Source: a bacterium
Lineage (GTDB): Bacteria > UBP15 > UBA6099 > JAJRTR01
NCBI GenBank assembly: GCA_024278215.1
Contig: JAJRTR010000067.1
Coordinates: 1 to 35,199 of the forward strand
Length of the DNA stretch: 35,199 nt
Direction of reading: 5' to 3'
Every line of letters starts with the position of its first letter. Position 1 is the first letter of the stretch. The notes under the pieces were generated by a model, which saw only the letters and a list, made by a program, of their open reading frames with translations, was not told where the DNA came from and did not search any database. Positions 1 through 10,594 of the stretch are shown one piece after another. Made by a program: the position numbers and the translations under genes.

Positions 1-4
1 GAAA

Positions 5-141
5 TTGTTCAGAGCAAGGCGGAGGTGTAAAATCCTCGCAGGCGTACTTGTAGAGTACGTCGAGGACGATTTCGCGCCAACAACGCAGCTATGGACAATA
101 GCAGCCGACCGCAGCAGAATCATAATTTTGCAATTGGCTCT
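5..141. repeat. MITE/REP-like palindromic repeat, probably cut by the window edge
   Basis: Internal hairpin TCCTCG..CGTAC-loop-GTACG..CGAGGA (32-66) and terminal TTTTGCAATTGGCTCTA. Resembles intergenic repeats I recall from anaerobic bacteria; not database-checked. Confidence 0.5.
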
Positions 142-188
142 ATTGCAGACAATTTTATTTCATCATAATAGTGATAGTTTCCGGCATA

Positions 189-1049
189 TCATTTTATCAT
201 ACTGGAACTATACTTAAAGGATTTATCTCCGTCGTTCATTGTGCGGGTTTGTCCTGTCCAATATTCTCTCTGTTTTGCAAAGGGCATGATTATAAGATTG
301 ATGATACTATTGTCCTTCAAATCTGAATAACCTTTAATACCTATATCAATTTCGTCTTGAGGAACATTAAGTTTTAATGTTCTGTTCAGGCGGTCCCATA
401 CACTGAAGATCACAGAATAGTTCGAGTTGGCTTCGGCTTTCTGCACAGAATGGTGTATTCCATGCATTCGAGGTGTCACAAATAAAAAATTTATTGTTTT
501 CTCAAAAAGCACCGGCAGTTTCGTATTTGAATGATGAAAGGCAGTCGCCATGGAAAAGAACAACTCGTAAGCCATATAAATATACGGAGAAACTCCGATA
601 GCGGCAACCTGGATTATTCGAAAAACAGATGAATACAGAATTTCAACAAAGTGAAATCTGAATGATGTTGTCACATCCATATCAGGGTCTAAATGATGTA
701 TATTGTGGAACCGCCATAAAAGAGGCACCTTATGGTTCAGCCTGTGCCAGTAATAGAAACTCAGGTCAAGCAGCATAAAGCCAAGCGGCACTTTTATATA
801 CACAGGAATGTCAATAATATTCAACAGCCCTATCGAATTGCGTTCACAGAACACGAGTGTCGATAGAGCAACAGGACGAACTATCAGCGCACCTGTGATA
901 CCTGCAATTGATGTCAGGGCAACATTTGAAAAATATCTGATGTATGCCGGAGCCTTTTGCGTTCTAAGCGGTTTGAGATGTTCCAATGCAAAAAGCAGGA
1001 TAACCCATGCAGTCATAGCAAGTGGAAACAATGTATCGGAAGAAAACAT
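189..1049 (-). CDS. Sterol desaturase / fatty acid hydroxylase family membrane di-iron protein
   Basis: His boxes YWHRLNH, FHNIHHLD, AFHHSN, MHGIHHS; NYSVIFSVWDRL motif; hydrophobic segments. ATG at 1049 preferred over the TTG at 1151. Confidence 0.9.
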   Translation of the reverse strand: MFSSDTLFPLAMTAWVILLFALEHLKPLRTQKAPAYIRYFSNVALTSIAGITGALIVRPVALSTLVFCERNSIGLLNIIDIPVYIKVPLGFMLLDLSFYYWHRLNHKVPLLWRFHNIHHLDPDMDVTTSFRFHFVEILYSSVFRIIQVAAIGVSPYIYMAYELFFSMATAFHHSNTKLPVLFEKTINFLFVTPRMHGIHHSVQKAEANSNYSVIFSVWDRLNRTLKLNVPQDEIDIGIKGYSDLKDNSIINLIIMPFAKQREYWTGQTRTMNDGDKSFKYSSSMIK

Positions 1050-1225
1050 TTTTTGTATTCGAGCTTCCCAACCGCAGTATGAGTTACTGAAGCGGCATCG
1101 AGCAATTCCTCCAGACTGAGACATTGCTGCGGTTGTAAATATACATAACAACCGTGATACAGTAGTGTCTCCGCCGGTTTAACTTCGTCAAGGCGTGAGT
1201 ACCATTCTTTGTGCTCGATCGGCCA

Positions 1226-1543
1226 TCACACGACAACTGCCTTTTCTATGACAGGCTGTTTTACACGCCAGTTTCGATAAGGATGAATATTGATTTCCTT
1301 GCTGATGCTTTTTATCTTGCCGGTCAGAAAGTCATTGGATTCACGTATCCATGCTTTGCACTGCTCGGCGTTATCACGGTAATTTCCAAATGCACAATCA
1401 ATATAACATGAGCAGCACTCGATACATTTCGAGACCATATCAAGTGCATCAGCACGTAATTCGACCATGCTGTCATACGTAAAAGTGTCTGGATTTTCTG
1501 TTATCTCATTCAATGTCCTATCTCTCCAGTACCGTTTCCACAT
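1226..1543 (-). CDS. Small hypothetical Cys-containing protein
   Basis: 105-aa ORF with CIECCSCYIDC; no family recognised; start uncertain. Confidence 0.3.
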   Translation of the reverse strand: MWKRYWRDRTLNEITENPDTFTYDSMVELRADALDMVSKCIECCSCYIDCAFGNYRDNAEQCKAWIRESNDFLTGKIKSISKEINIHPYRNWRVKQPVIEKAVVV

Positions 1544-1804
1544 TGCATTTCGGACACATCATTCCGAAATGTTCTCCGTCAGCTCTGCCGCCGCAACTCG
1601 GACAAATAATTGTCTTGGGTGCTATGTTTCCCTTATTTCCACAGCTGCATCTGCTGTAAATTACCTGAAAAAACAAGAGCCTTCGCTGCTCTCAGAATTA
1701 CATTCACAACATATCGCGTTGTAGTCACAAACAAACCAGCCACTGCATTTGTCAAACAGGGTTATATCTTGAATTGTTCCTCTATTTGGAAACTTGCAAC
1801 TTAA
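1518..1804 (-). pseudogene. Frameshifted, 5'-truncated Cys-rich (zinc-ribbon-like) gene remnant
   Basis: Frame ...ICCECNSESSEGSCFF continues in another frame across the A6 run (1668-1673) as QVIYSRCSCG...CPSCGG...CPKCNVETVLER*. No start codon before the IS end at ~1805. Confidence 0.35.
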
Positions 1805-1996
1805 GGACCCCTGACCTGGAGGAAAAGAGTTTGCCACCAGTTCGTAGACGAGGCGAAGGTTTGTGTTGGGATAACGGGTCTGTGATTCGTTGAGAGTTTC
1901 GATCAGGGTGAGCAGTGCGTTGTCTGAGGAGTGATTTGTGAGATGATGGAGGCGAATGGTAAGGGTGTTGTTTGTGTGGTCGGGGAGCAGGTCCGC
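1805..1996 (-). mobile_element. 3' remnant of an insertion sequence (transposase C-terminus plus right end)
   Basis: ADLLPDHTNNTLTIRLHHLTNHSSDNAL...LNESQTRYPNTNLRLVYEL resembles the C-terminus of a large uncharacterised transposase family; followed by TIR-like GGACCCCTGACCTGG. Confidence 0.6.
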
Positions 1997-2600
1997 TCTC
2001 TTTTGCAATATCCTCGATCACCGACCATAAGATCACCTTGCTCAACGAAGTACCTTTCGAAACTTTCGCCTATCTCTGGCGTTGTGATTATGAAAGAATC
2101 GCATATAAAGTTAACAAGTTTAAAACAATAATGTATTCTCCAATCAGTACCAGCACTTCCTGTTTCACTGATAGAAGTTCCATCAACAAATCTGATTCGA
2201 TATTTCTTGACAAGATGGTCTGGCAATGGCGTCCCTTGCAGACCTTTCTGTAATTCCATAGCTATGCAGCATAACCATCTTTCAGAAACTTGCAAACGGT
2301 GAAGTAATGCAACGTCATTGATATCGCAGAGACCTACTTCTTTTGCGTATGCGGCAGTTGTACGCAGGCTCTTCCCGTCAGCTAAATGGATTAGTAGTAA
2401 TCTGAGTAGTGTTTCGGCTGAATCAATTTTTCTTCTTCGTGCCAAAGCCCCGAGGTCATAGGCTTTCTGCTCCCAGCCTTTCGGAAGAAACCTTACAAGG
2501 ATTCTCCAATGTTCTTTATCTGGTGTTGTGCTCATGAATCCTGTTATATATATATTTGCTTCTATATTAAGCTTCTTATTTGAGCTCTTATGGTACGGTG
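1997..2600 (-). mobile_element. 5' part of an IS4-family element, transposase truncated (CDS from 2535)
   Basis: GALARRRKIDSAETLLRLLL, RFVDGTSI (first catalytic D), GDRGY (second D), then the sequence breaks off with no YREK/E motif. Left end reads CACCGTACCATAAG from 2600. Confidence 0.8.
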
Positions 2601-2732
2601 CCCCCGCCCTACACTTTTATAGTTTTTACGCTACCCCTCTCTTACATCTTTTCTTTGTCGACATGGCACTGCATTATATATAACGCACAAGTGTGGTATC
2701 TGTAATGGCAATAACTTATCAGTGGGAATATA

Positions 2733-4637
2733 ATGAAGGATAATATGAAACCTGGTTCGAGCAAAACTACTAAATACACATTTTTATTTGTTCTTTTGTT
2801 TATTCTCTATTTCGCAAGCCGTTTTCTGCTGCTTGCCGGCATGGTACCACCGATAGGGCTTGAGGAATGCCATACGGGAGCCGCGGCACACGAAATTCTT
2901 AAACACGGATTTCAGTTTCCCATAGAACAATACACACCGGAGTATTATGAAACCACAATAATTATTGTATCGATGATTACAGTTATCCCTGAATATATTT
3001 TTGGTCTTATACCATTTTCTGTCGAGATAGTGCCATTCCTGTTTTCATTCGCGTCACTACTTGTCTGCTGCGTGCTGCTTGTGAAAAGCGGTTTCAGGCG
3101 TGGACTCGGTTTTCTGGCTACATTCTTTTTTTTCGGCTCCGGCGTTTTCGTCTACCTGACAATGGACAGCGTCGGCAGCCATATAATCGCCCTGTTGTTC
3201 TGCATGATTATCTTTTATTGCTTCTACAGCTTCTGCATATCCACACGTCGAGTATATTTCTATCTGTTCTGGTTGTTTTCCGGTGTCGGGGCCTTTGTTC
3301 ACATCTCAACACTAATGTTTTTCGGACTGGGAATACTCGTCTACATCATTCACTTTGCAGCCGATAAGAAATTTGCCGAAAGACTACACCTGAGTGGGAA
3401 GCAGGTTCTCACGGGGCTGTTGCTGTTTGTCGTCGGCTATGCCCCGAATATATATTTTCTGATTAAAACAGACTTTCGCAATGTCCTTTTCATATCGAAT
3501 ATTTTCAACAGGAGAGTCCTTGAGCATTCAGAAAAAGATATTTTTTACAAATCGTCCATTGATGCCTTTCTTTTCCAGTTCGACGGCAGGGTATGGCCGC
3601 CGGTCATGTTTGCAGTGTTGTTTATTCTCTGCGGATTTTACGTTCTGAAACTGCGCAGGCGACCAGATCGTTTCAATTCATATTTCCTGCTCGTCACTTT
3701 GTTCATATCGGTTATTCCTTTTCTCATAGCTATTGTGCTGCTGTCGGGACTCGAATTCACGTCTTATTACATCTATCTGATGCCGATGCTGTTTCTTATG
3801 GGGGGCGCAGTTTCATCTCTGATTATCGAGTCGCTTGCAAGCAACAACATGAAACTCGATATTGTATTGCAGTGTTGTATCGCAGCTGGTTTTTCCCTGA
3901 TGCTTCTGAAACCTTTCTATCATCGACTCAACTTTTCGCTCGACAATTCGCGACGGATTTACATCGCTGATAAAGAATCGGCATATTGCTACTGGCGGTT
4001 CGGGAAGGCGTTCGCGAATTACACAGAATATGATCCCGACCCGGCGATAAACGCGCGCAGAATTATCGAGAAATGCGATCGTTTCGACACGGTGGAAAAA
4101 CAGAATGAATGCTATTTCGGATGGGGAACAAGCTTTTCGCAAACAAACCTGCTGGATGATCGTGCGGTAAAGGTGCTTGGTGAACGGCGGGCAAGATTGC
4201 TGGCGATGAGCATGGGGGCATGGGAACAGGACCTGAGCTTCTGCGTGTCGGGCAATATACCATCACCGTATATTGATGATTGTATCGTGGGGATGATAGA
4301 AAAAAGAATATTGAATGCACGATCATTACCACCTATGGTCTATCAGAATATTCTCTTTCCGTGCACGCACGGAAGTCTACCGCGATACAGCGGTTTGCTG
4401 CAGAAATTGAGAAACGATTACAATAATGGAAGTATTGAAGATGCGGCTGCGAGATATGAAGTCAATTCCAATGATATCCGGGCGATAACGGCAGGATATT
4501 GCGCCGCAATGGATTCGAATGATGGTTACTGTGCAGAGATAAATAAAAACAACGATTATTCCGCATATTGCAGGATGGTCTACGATGTGTTGACGTATGC
4601 GAGGGAATGGGAGACAGGGGAGTCTCCGTTACAATAG
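2733..4637 (+). CDS. Polytopic membrane protein, GT-C fold (ArnT/PMT-like) glycosyltransferase candidate, with Cys-rich C-terminal soluble domain
   Basis: Roughly a dozen hydrophobic helices, acidic dyad (GLEECHTG) after TM1; paralog of 8720..10594. Confidence 0.65.
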   Translation: MKDNMKPGSSKTTKYTFLFVLLFILYFASRFLLLAGMVPPIGLEECHTGAAAHEILKHGFQFPIEQYTPEYYETTIIIVSMITVIPEYIFGLIPFSVEIVPFLFSFASLLVCCVLLVKSGFRRGLGFLATFFFFGSGVFVYLTMDSVGSHIIALLFCMIIFYCFYSFCISTRRVYFYLFWLFSGVGAFVHISTLMFFGLGILVYIIHFAADKKFAERLHLSGKQVLTGLLLFVVGYAPNIYFLIKTDFRNVLFISNIFNRRVLEHSEKDIFYKSSIDAFLFQFDGRVWPPVMFAVLFILCGFYVLKLRRRPDRFNSYFLLVTLFISVIPFLIAIVLLSGLEFTSYYIYLMPMLFLMGGAVSSLIIESLASNNMKLDIVLQCCIAAGFSLMLLKPFYHRLNFSLDNSRRIYIADKESAYCYWRFGKAFANYTEYDPDPAINARRIIEKCDRFDTVEKQNECYFGWGTSFSQTNLLDDRAVKVLGERRARLLAMSMGAWEQDLSFCVSGNIPSPYIDDCIVGMIEKRILNARSLPPMVYQNILFPCTHGSLPRYSGLLQKLRNDYNNGSIEDAAARYEVNSNDIRAITAGYCAAMDSNDGYCAEINKNNDYSAYCRMVYDVLTYAREWETGESPLQ

Positions 4638-4704
4638 ACGAACCGGAACAAAAACTATCACGCTACTTCACCATTGCGGGCTGAATAATCTCCTCGGAGC
4701 AGAA

Positions 4705-6948
4705 TCAATTCTCTGCCGAAGAAATGGTAATAGAAGAAAATGCCGCGACGCCGAAATCACGGAACCCGATGATTAGATGGCCGTCTCCCGGCGTTCTTTC
4801 AATCAAATATTCCGGGGCAAGTGCATTACCGTCAGAATTGACGGGATAGTATGTTTTTTGTGACTGAATGTCCTTGAGGGCGAATAGTGATGATGGGGCT
4901 GCTGATTTAAGATCGAATCTGACCTTAATTAAATCGACCCCACGCTGGATAAAAACAAGTAGTTGTGTCTGCTCTGTGATGTTTCGGAAATCGCTGTAAA
5001 GAAGTGTGTCGGGCGAAACACCGCGAACAAAATAAAAATCATTCACTCCGGCTGTGATTGTGTAACTGTCAATACTGCTTGTAATGATCGGCTGATGTTC
5101 TATTGCGTAAAGTTCGATGTCCACGCCGGAAAAACCGCTTGTTTTTTCAATCAGTCTGAATTTTGAAAGCGCGCTCTTTAATTCGTTTTCATACCTGCCT
5201 GAGAAGTCGGGAAAAACACCCAGAAAGCGATCATCATTATCCAGGAACCATGTTCTTTGAATGAAGTTATTCTGTAAAAGCGTGTGAAAAGAATCGATGT
5301 TCATCGGTGCAATATCGGTCATCACCTGCACTGTGTTGTCGGCGCCTGGCTTATTGAGTTCGCACCAGCGGGCGAACGAAAGAAATATTTCATCCTGCAG
5401 GGTTTCGCCTGTTTGAAATACCGGCCTGATAGAATATCTTTCATTCATTTCGGAAAAGAAATAATTCCGGTATTCATTCATAAAGAAAATATTGCCGGTT
5501 ATTACGCCGTCGTAGTATTCGGCTCGATCATAAACATATCTTAACGCTGAGAACATGTCCGGCGATTGCATGGATTTCAGAACACCGGGGAGATTGAAAA
5601 TAAAAAGGATAAGAATCAGCAGGCATGGCATGGAAGCAGAGATATTGTTATTCCTTGAAAACAATTTGCCGAAACGCTCTGCCGCAAAGAATACGACATA
5701 CAGAAAAAAGAAAGACATCATCGCAAGATGCCTGTATGACATTGGATAGCCGTTGAAATCGACATGGTTGAGCGCGTCTGTCGCGATGAGCACACCACCT
5801 GACGCAATTCCAAGAAGTGAAAAAAGCAGTCCGTTTTTGCCATGCCTGACCAGGGCGATTGCACCTGCAACGAATAGCGAACCGGTGATAATTGCCGGAA
5901 GTGGATTAAGTGTCAGGAACGATGAATAGATGTTAAGAATAAACGTTGTGCAGAGTGGTATGAAATCCAGATTGCCGGCGGCTGTCTGGAAATAAACATT
6001 CAGCCTTTCCGTTGCGGGCGCGGATATTGACACAAGCGCGCGTTTGAAGACAAAAATGTGTCCCGTGTTGAAAAGTATCGATCCCAGCGCCGCCGTCACG
6101 ACTGCGACGAAATACCCTGCGTTACGCTGCTTTGCGGCATGCGTCTTCATGAACGATGTAAAGAAAGCAATAAGAAAAATGAAGATTCCGGCAAACGTAA
6201 GCACGTGCATGAAAGGGAGAATAAAAGCGGTGGCAAGCATTCCGAAAACAGCTGATTTCCGACCGGTTTCAATGAAAACGATATAGAAATAAGCAAGATA
6301 AATGAAAAGGAAGGCGATTATAGCGTATGGCGATATTCGAAAAAAAGTATAAACGATAATCGGGGAAAGATAAAAAGAAAGTGTCGCGAAAATTGCGGAT
6401 TCGCGGCTGAGATTTCTCGCAAGAAGTTTGTATGCTGGTACTATGGCGGCTGCAAGCGCGAGGAAGTTGACAATCAGATACGCTTCGCGGGCGCCTCCCA
6501 AAAAGGACCTTATGCACCAGCTTATCAGGAGGTATCCGGGCGCGTGTATGTTCGAGAGGTATTGCTTCTTAATAAGGAATTCCCTGAAGCCTGAAAAGCT
6601 TCCCTCGTAAAAATATGAGAAATCCATGTAGGCGAATGCGACATGGTTTCTTAAAAGAAAAAGAAAAGTGAGAAAAACAATTGGTAAGACAATTACTATC
6701 CAGGGCAGGCGTGCCGCTTTTTCAGTGTGTGGTCTAACGGCTTCGATGCTCGCGGTTCCCGGTCGGTATACTACTGCAAACACGAGAGAAACCGCCAGGA
6801 GCAGAAAGCATATCACGAAACAGGCAAACCTGAAATTATAGAAAGATTCTCCTGCCGGCGAATTGATAAACCGGTCGTAAAGATATCCCTGATCGTCAAG
6901 ATGGTATATCACTTTTTCATACATATCGTTCTTTGCGCAACCCGCCAA
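4705..6948 (-). CDS. Polytopic membrane protein, GT-C-like glycosyltransferase candidate
   Basis: 747 aa, many TM helices, HAPGY and SPxxxY...RxxPYA motifs typical of the PMT/ArnT-like clan, soluble C-terminal domain. Alternative ATG at 6924. Confidence 0.6.
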   Translation of the reverse strand: MAGCAKNDMYEKVIYHLDDQGYLYDRFINSPAGESFYNFRFACFVICFLLLAVSLVFAVVYRPGTASIEAVRPHTEKAARLPWIVIVLPIVFLTFLFLLRNHVAFAYMDFSYFYEGSFSGFREFLIKKQYLSNIHAPGYLLISWCIRSFLGGAREAYLIVNFLALAAAIVPAYKLLARNLSRESAIFATLSFYLSPIIVYTFFRISPYAIIAFLFIYLAYFYIVFIETGRKSAVFGMLATAFILPFMHVLTFAGIFIFLIAFFTSFMKTHAAKQRNAGYFVAVVTAALGSILFNTGHIFVFKRALVSISAPATERLNVYFQTAAGNLDFIPLCTTFILNIYSSFLTLNPLPAIITGSLFVAGAIALVRHGKNGLLFSLLGIASGGVLIATDALNHVDFNGYPMSYRHLAMMSFFFLYVVFFAAERFGKLFSRNNNISASMPCLLILILFIFNLPGVLKSMQSPDMFSALRYVYDRAEYYDGVITGNIFFMNEYRNYFFSEMNERYSIRPVFQTGETLQDEIFLSFARWCELNKPGADNTVQVMTDIAPMNIDSFHTLLQNNFIQRTWFLDNDDRFLGVFPDFSGRYENELKSALSKFRLIEKTSGFSGVDIELYAIEHQPIITSSIDSYTITAGVNDFYFVRGVSPDTLLYSDFRNITEQTQLLVFIQRGVDLIKVRFDLKSAAPSSLFALKDIQSQKTYYPVNSDGNALAPEYLIERTPGDGHLIIGFRDFGVAAFSSITISSAEN

Positions 6949-7069
6949 ATACGTTTGAAGTTTTTCAATTGGTCAATATTGAGTTATTATATAAAACATA
7001 TACGACGATTACGAATTGATCAATCGTTGTGGTGCGAAGCGACTTGTTTTCAATCAGAAGGTGGTATAA

Positions 7070-8587
7070 GTGTTCTACAGAAGAGACTTCCATTTATTCA
7101 TTTACACATTGATATTTGTTATCGGGCTGTCCGTGCCGTCTCAATGCGCCGTGATCACTGGTGTGGTGAGATATGGGTTGCCTGCGTCCGGAAAAGACAA
7201 TGTAAAGGGGATCAACGCGCTTGCTGTCGTAAAGGGCACCGACATCGGTGTTTACGACATACAAGGCAATCTTCTGGATGAAACACAGACAGGAAAAGAC
7301 GGCAGCTACACTCTCGACATTCCGGACGCCTACAGTTTCGAAGACAACCTGGTTGTGACTCTGAAGTCGGATGCGTACAGGTTAAGGGCGCTCGTGACAG
7401 GAGAAATAGTTGATGTGAATCCGGTTACGGAATCACTAGCGAGACTTATCCTAGATGTGCATGTTCTGAAAAACGATTTCTCCATTAAGGAAGTAAAAAC
7501 GATCGAAAAAGTGTTGTACGAGGCGGCCTCAAAGAAAACATTTTCAAGTGCGGATTCGGTGGCGGACCCCGTGGATATTCTACTGAACGATGAAGCATAC
7601 AGGCTGGCCCTGGGCGATCTTACGATGACATATTCAACAGAAGGCGACACTGTAGAAGACGTTGAGAATTTAAAAACTTTCATGCGCGACCTCATTGGAA
7701 CTTTTAAGGATAACAAACCGGCGGAAGTGCGGAATTATATATCAGACGATGTGAAGGTTTATATCGCCGGGCGGGTTTACACCTACGAAACTCTGCCGGC
7801 GTTCATTAAAAAACTGAATGAAGATTTCGAGATCACAGGTTTCAACATCAAGTGCGACAGGGTGGAGATCAGCAGCGACACGGCGTGGATTGAAACTACC
7901 GAAGGTATTACAATGCTCGACCGCGACGGCGATTACGATATGGATGAAACGTGGATAATGGGTAACAGGTTGAAGAGAATCAACGGAGAATGGAAGCTTG
8001 CCGAGAGAAAGCGAAAAGACTGTACCGTCGAAAATGCGCCGTACATGGAAAACGACACAACACCCGGCTGGGTGGGCATTCGACCATGTATCCTGCAAAG
8101 GCCCAAGCCGGGGATAACGGATGGCTCGCAGTGGGACCCGATCAAGTCGATCTACTTCGCAAAAAGTGGCCGGTATCTTTTCTGGAGAATGGAAATATCC
8201 GGAGATAATAAAGATGCACATGAATTGTTTTCAGACAAAAACGATGGACAAGAACTGTCGAGTGGCATATATGTTATAAGCTTCTCCGGAGACCTGAACG
8301 ATGAGCAGGGCAACAGAATAGACAGCTTCGTCAATCTTAATGATGTGCCTGTCGCAATGTATAAAATAATGCTGAAGGACCCGGACGGCTACATAGACGA
8401 CCTGTTATACACGAGTTATGTGGTCAATGTTGGAGACAGTTACGTGGAAGGCGCGGTGCCGCTCGATGAACTGTCGAAAATCGGTAAAACAATACAGGCC
8501 AAAGGTTTCGTGATAGCGAAGGAACAGTTGCAGGACAGTAATATGCAATCCAATATGAATTCTGTTGTTTTGCACATGGGGGAATAG
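7070..8587 (+). CDS. Secreted protein: N-terminal beta-sandwich plus NTF2-like (SnoaL/DUF4440-like) domain
   Basis: Signal peptide, TQTGKDGSYTL motif, NTF2-like VEISSDTAW...LKRINGEWKL; paralog of 10789..12267. Confidence 0.65.
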   Translation: MFYRRDFHLFIYTLIFVIGLSVPSQCAVITGVVRYGLPASGKDNVKGINALAVVKGTDIGVYDIQGNLLDETQTGKDGSYTLDIPDAYSFEDNLVVTLKSDAYRLRALVTGEIVDVNPVTESLARLILDVHVLKNDFSIKEVKTIEKVLYEAASKKTFSSADSVADPVDILLNDEAYRLALGDLTMTYSTEGDTVEDVENLKTFMRDLIGTFKDNKPAEVRNYISDDVKVYIAGRVYTYETLPAFIKKLNEDFEITGFNIKCDRVEISSDTAWIETTEGITMLDRDGDYDMDETWIMGNRLKRINGEWKLAERKRKDCTVENAPYMENDTTPGWVGIRPCILQRPKPGITDGSQWDPIKSIYFAKSGRYLFWRMEISGDNKDAHELFSDKNDGQELSSGIYVISFSGDLNDEQGNRIDSFVNLNDVPVAMYKIMLKDPDGYIDDLLYTSYVVNVGDSYVEGAVPLDELSKIGKTIQAKGFVIAKEQLQDSNMQSNMNSVVLHMGE

Positions 8588-8719
8588 AATGGACGCGCCG
8601 ACGACCGGGATGAGAATCCGCTTGCAGTCTGTTTTTGTCTCCAGCCGGACCATGCAACGATTTCCCATGAAGAAAACGAAATAGTATTCTTCTCACGCCG
8701 ACGACCGGGCGTACAGGCA

Positions 8720-10594
8720 ATGGATACGCATAGACTGACCACAGGTTCGACTCTACTTGTCCTGCTTCTGTTATGTCTCCTGTACGCCGCTTGCAGGTTT
8801 ATTCTGCTTGCGGGGATGCCGCCGCCTATAGGCATGGAAGAATGCCACACGGGAGCAGTCGCGAAGGAGATCATACAAAACGGATTCCAGTTTCCGATCG
8901 AACAATATACTCCTGAATACTATGAAAACTCGATAATCTTCGCGTCGATACTGTCCGTAATTCCGGTCAGGCTTTTCGGGCTCAGACCTATCTCGCTCGA
9001 AATGATTCCCTTTTTATTCTCATTCCTTACGCTGGTATTGTGCTGCCGCTTGTTGCTGCGCGCGAAGGCTGGCCGAGGCGTATTTTTCTTCATTGTCTTT
9101 TTCTTTTTCGGCTCGGGTTTTTTTGTCTACCAGACACTCGACAGTGTCGGGAACCACATAATCGGTCTGTTCTTTTCTCTGATTATCCTTACCTGTTTCT
9201 ATGAATATAAACTTACCGGAAGGCAGCGCTATCTATATTATTTCATGTTTGCATCGGGATTCGGCGCTTCTGTCCATCTCGGATGTGTTTTCTTCACCGT
9301 TTTTTGTTTGCTGATGAATATTACATTGAAAAATCAGGTGGCAATCCACCGGGAACGAAAAGGTATCAGACACCATGTAGTGTGTGTGTTTTATCTTGTT
9401 GCCGGCCTTTCCCCTCTAATATATTTCATGGCTGCTACTCACCTGATGAATGTAAAATATCTTCAGGGTGTGTTTGAGTCAAGGCTGGCGAAAAGTGGGT
9501 CTTTTGTAAGGTTCTTTCATAGTGTATGGAAACAGACAGTATTTCAGTTTGACGGGAGAATATGGCTTGTTGCTTTTTTTGCAGTTATTATGGTATTAGC
9601 TGTTGCGCAACTGAGAAGAAATGCAGGCAAAGACGGTAATGCAAACGAAAAACGATTGCTTCTTTATATTCTTTGCTTTTTGGCTATCCCGCTATATACT
9701 GCAATAATCGTATTTTCATCAGGAAACCTGACATTATATTTCACATACCTTATGCCGTTGCTTTTCATGATCGGTGCCATACAATTTAATGATCTGCTGG
9801 ACTTGCTCAACGATAAAAAAGCCGCTGCCGTAACTAATACCGTTATATGTATTATTCTGGTCGCGGTACTGCTGTTTCCATTAAGAACTCTGTTGAATAT
9901 TTCAATTGCGAAATCCGCGAATGTATTACTGTACGATAAAGAGTCGTCATACTGTTACTGGAGATTCGGAAAAGCTTTTTCGAACTACACGAAAGAAGGC
10001 CCTTCAGCCCGTGAATACGCAAAGGCAATAATCTCGCAATGCGGAAGGCTCAGAGATGAGGATAAGATAAATGAATGTGTCTGGGGCTGGGCGATACCCG
10101 ATGACAGAGTGTTGTCGGATGCTGACTTCTGGGAAGAGCTCGGGCCGAAATATTCTGCTCTGCTGGCTCAGGGATGGGGCGGCTGGCGCGACGATCAGAT
10201 TTATTGTTTTTCCGGCAAGATACCCACCCGCCTTGTCGACGACTGCGTGTCTGGTTATATCGAAAGGAATGTCATTCTGCTTCACTCGATTTCGGGAATG
10301 GGTGATGAACCGGTTTTGTTTCCGTGTCTGAAAGATGATGCCGTATCATATATCGGCTTCAGAAAGAAATACAGGACGGAAATCAGGAGAGGGAGCATCG
10401 AATCGGAAGCCGCGAAGTGTGCCCCCGATGCGACAGGTATATGTGCTGTTATGATAGGATACTGCGGAGCGAGGGAGAATCAACCCGGCGCATGTGATTT
10501 ACTGGGATCTCCTTCTCGGGCACATAAGATGTGCCGCGAAGTTTATGAACTGCTGGATGTCGTTCACAGGATCGTTGAAAACCGTCCCCAATAG
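8720..10594 (+). CDS. GT-C-like membrane protein, paralog of 2733..4637
   Basis: Shared PPIGxEECHTGA, GFQFPIEQYTPEYYE, DSVGxHII, FQFDGRxW and DKESxYCYWRFGKAFxNYT. Confidence 0.65.
   Translation: MDTHRLTTGSTLLVLLLLCLLYAACRFILLAGMPPPIGMEECHTGAVAKEIIQNGFQFPIEQYTPEYYENSIIFASILSVIPVRLFGLRPISLEMIPFLFSFLTLVLCCRLLLRAKAGRGVFFFIVFFFFGSGFFVYQTLDSVGNHIIGLFFSLIILTCFYEYKLTGRQRYLYYFMFASGFGASVHLGCVFFTVFCLLMNITLKNQVAIHRERKGIRHHVVCVFYLVAGLSPLIYFMAATHLMNVKYLQGVFESRLAKSGSFVRFFHSVWKQTVFQFDGRIWLVAFFAVIMVLAVAQLRRNAGKDGNANEKRLLLYILCFLAIPLYTAIIVFSSGNLTLYFTYLMPLLFMIGAIQFNDLLDLLNDKKAAAVTNTVICIILVAVLLFPLRTLLNISIAKSANVLLYDKESSYCYWRFGKAFSNYTKEGPSAREYAKAIISQCGRLRDEDKINECVWGWAIPDDRVLSDADFWEELGPKYSALLAQGWGGWRDDQIYCFSGKIPTRLVDDCVSGYIERNVILLHSISGMGDEPVLFPCLKDDAVSYIGFRKKYRTEIRRGSIESEAAKCAPDATGICAVMIGYCGARENQPGACDLLGSPSRAHKMCREVYELLDVVHRIVENRPQ

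Noticed and set aside
1661-2008. 115-aa ORF as a real protein
   Set aside because: Read-through artefact joining a transposase C-terminus to the interrupted Cys-rich gene.
8596-8709. 14-bp direct repeat CGCCGACGACCGGG 100 bp apart, with a 31-codon ORF
   Set aside because: Two copies only, no further structure; no function can be supported.
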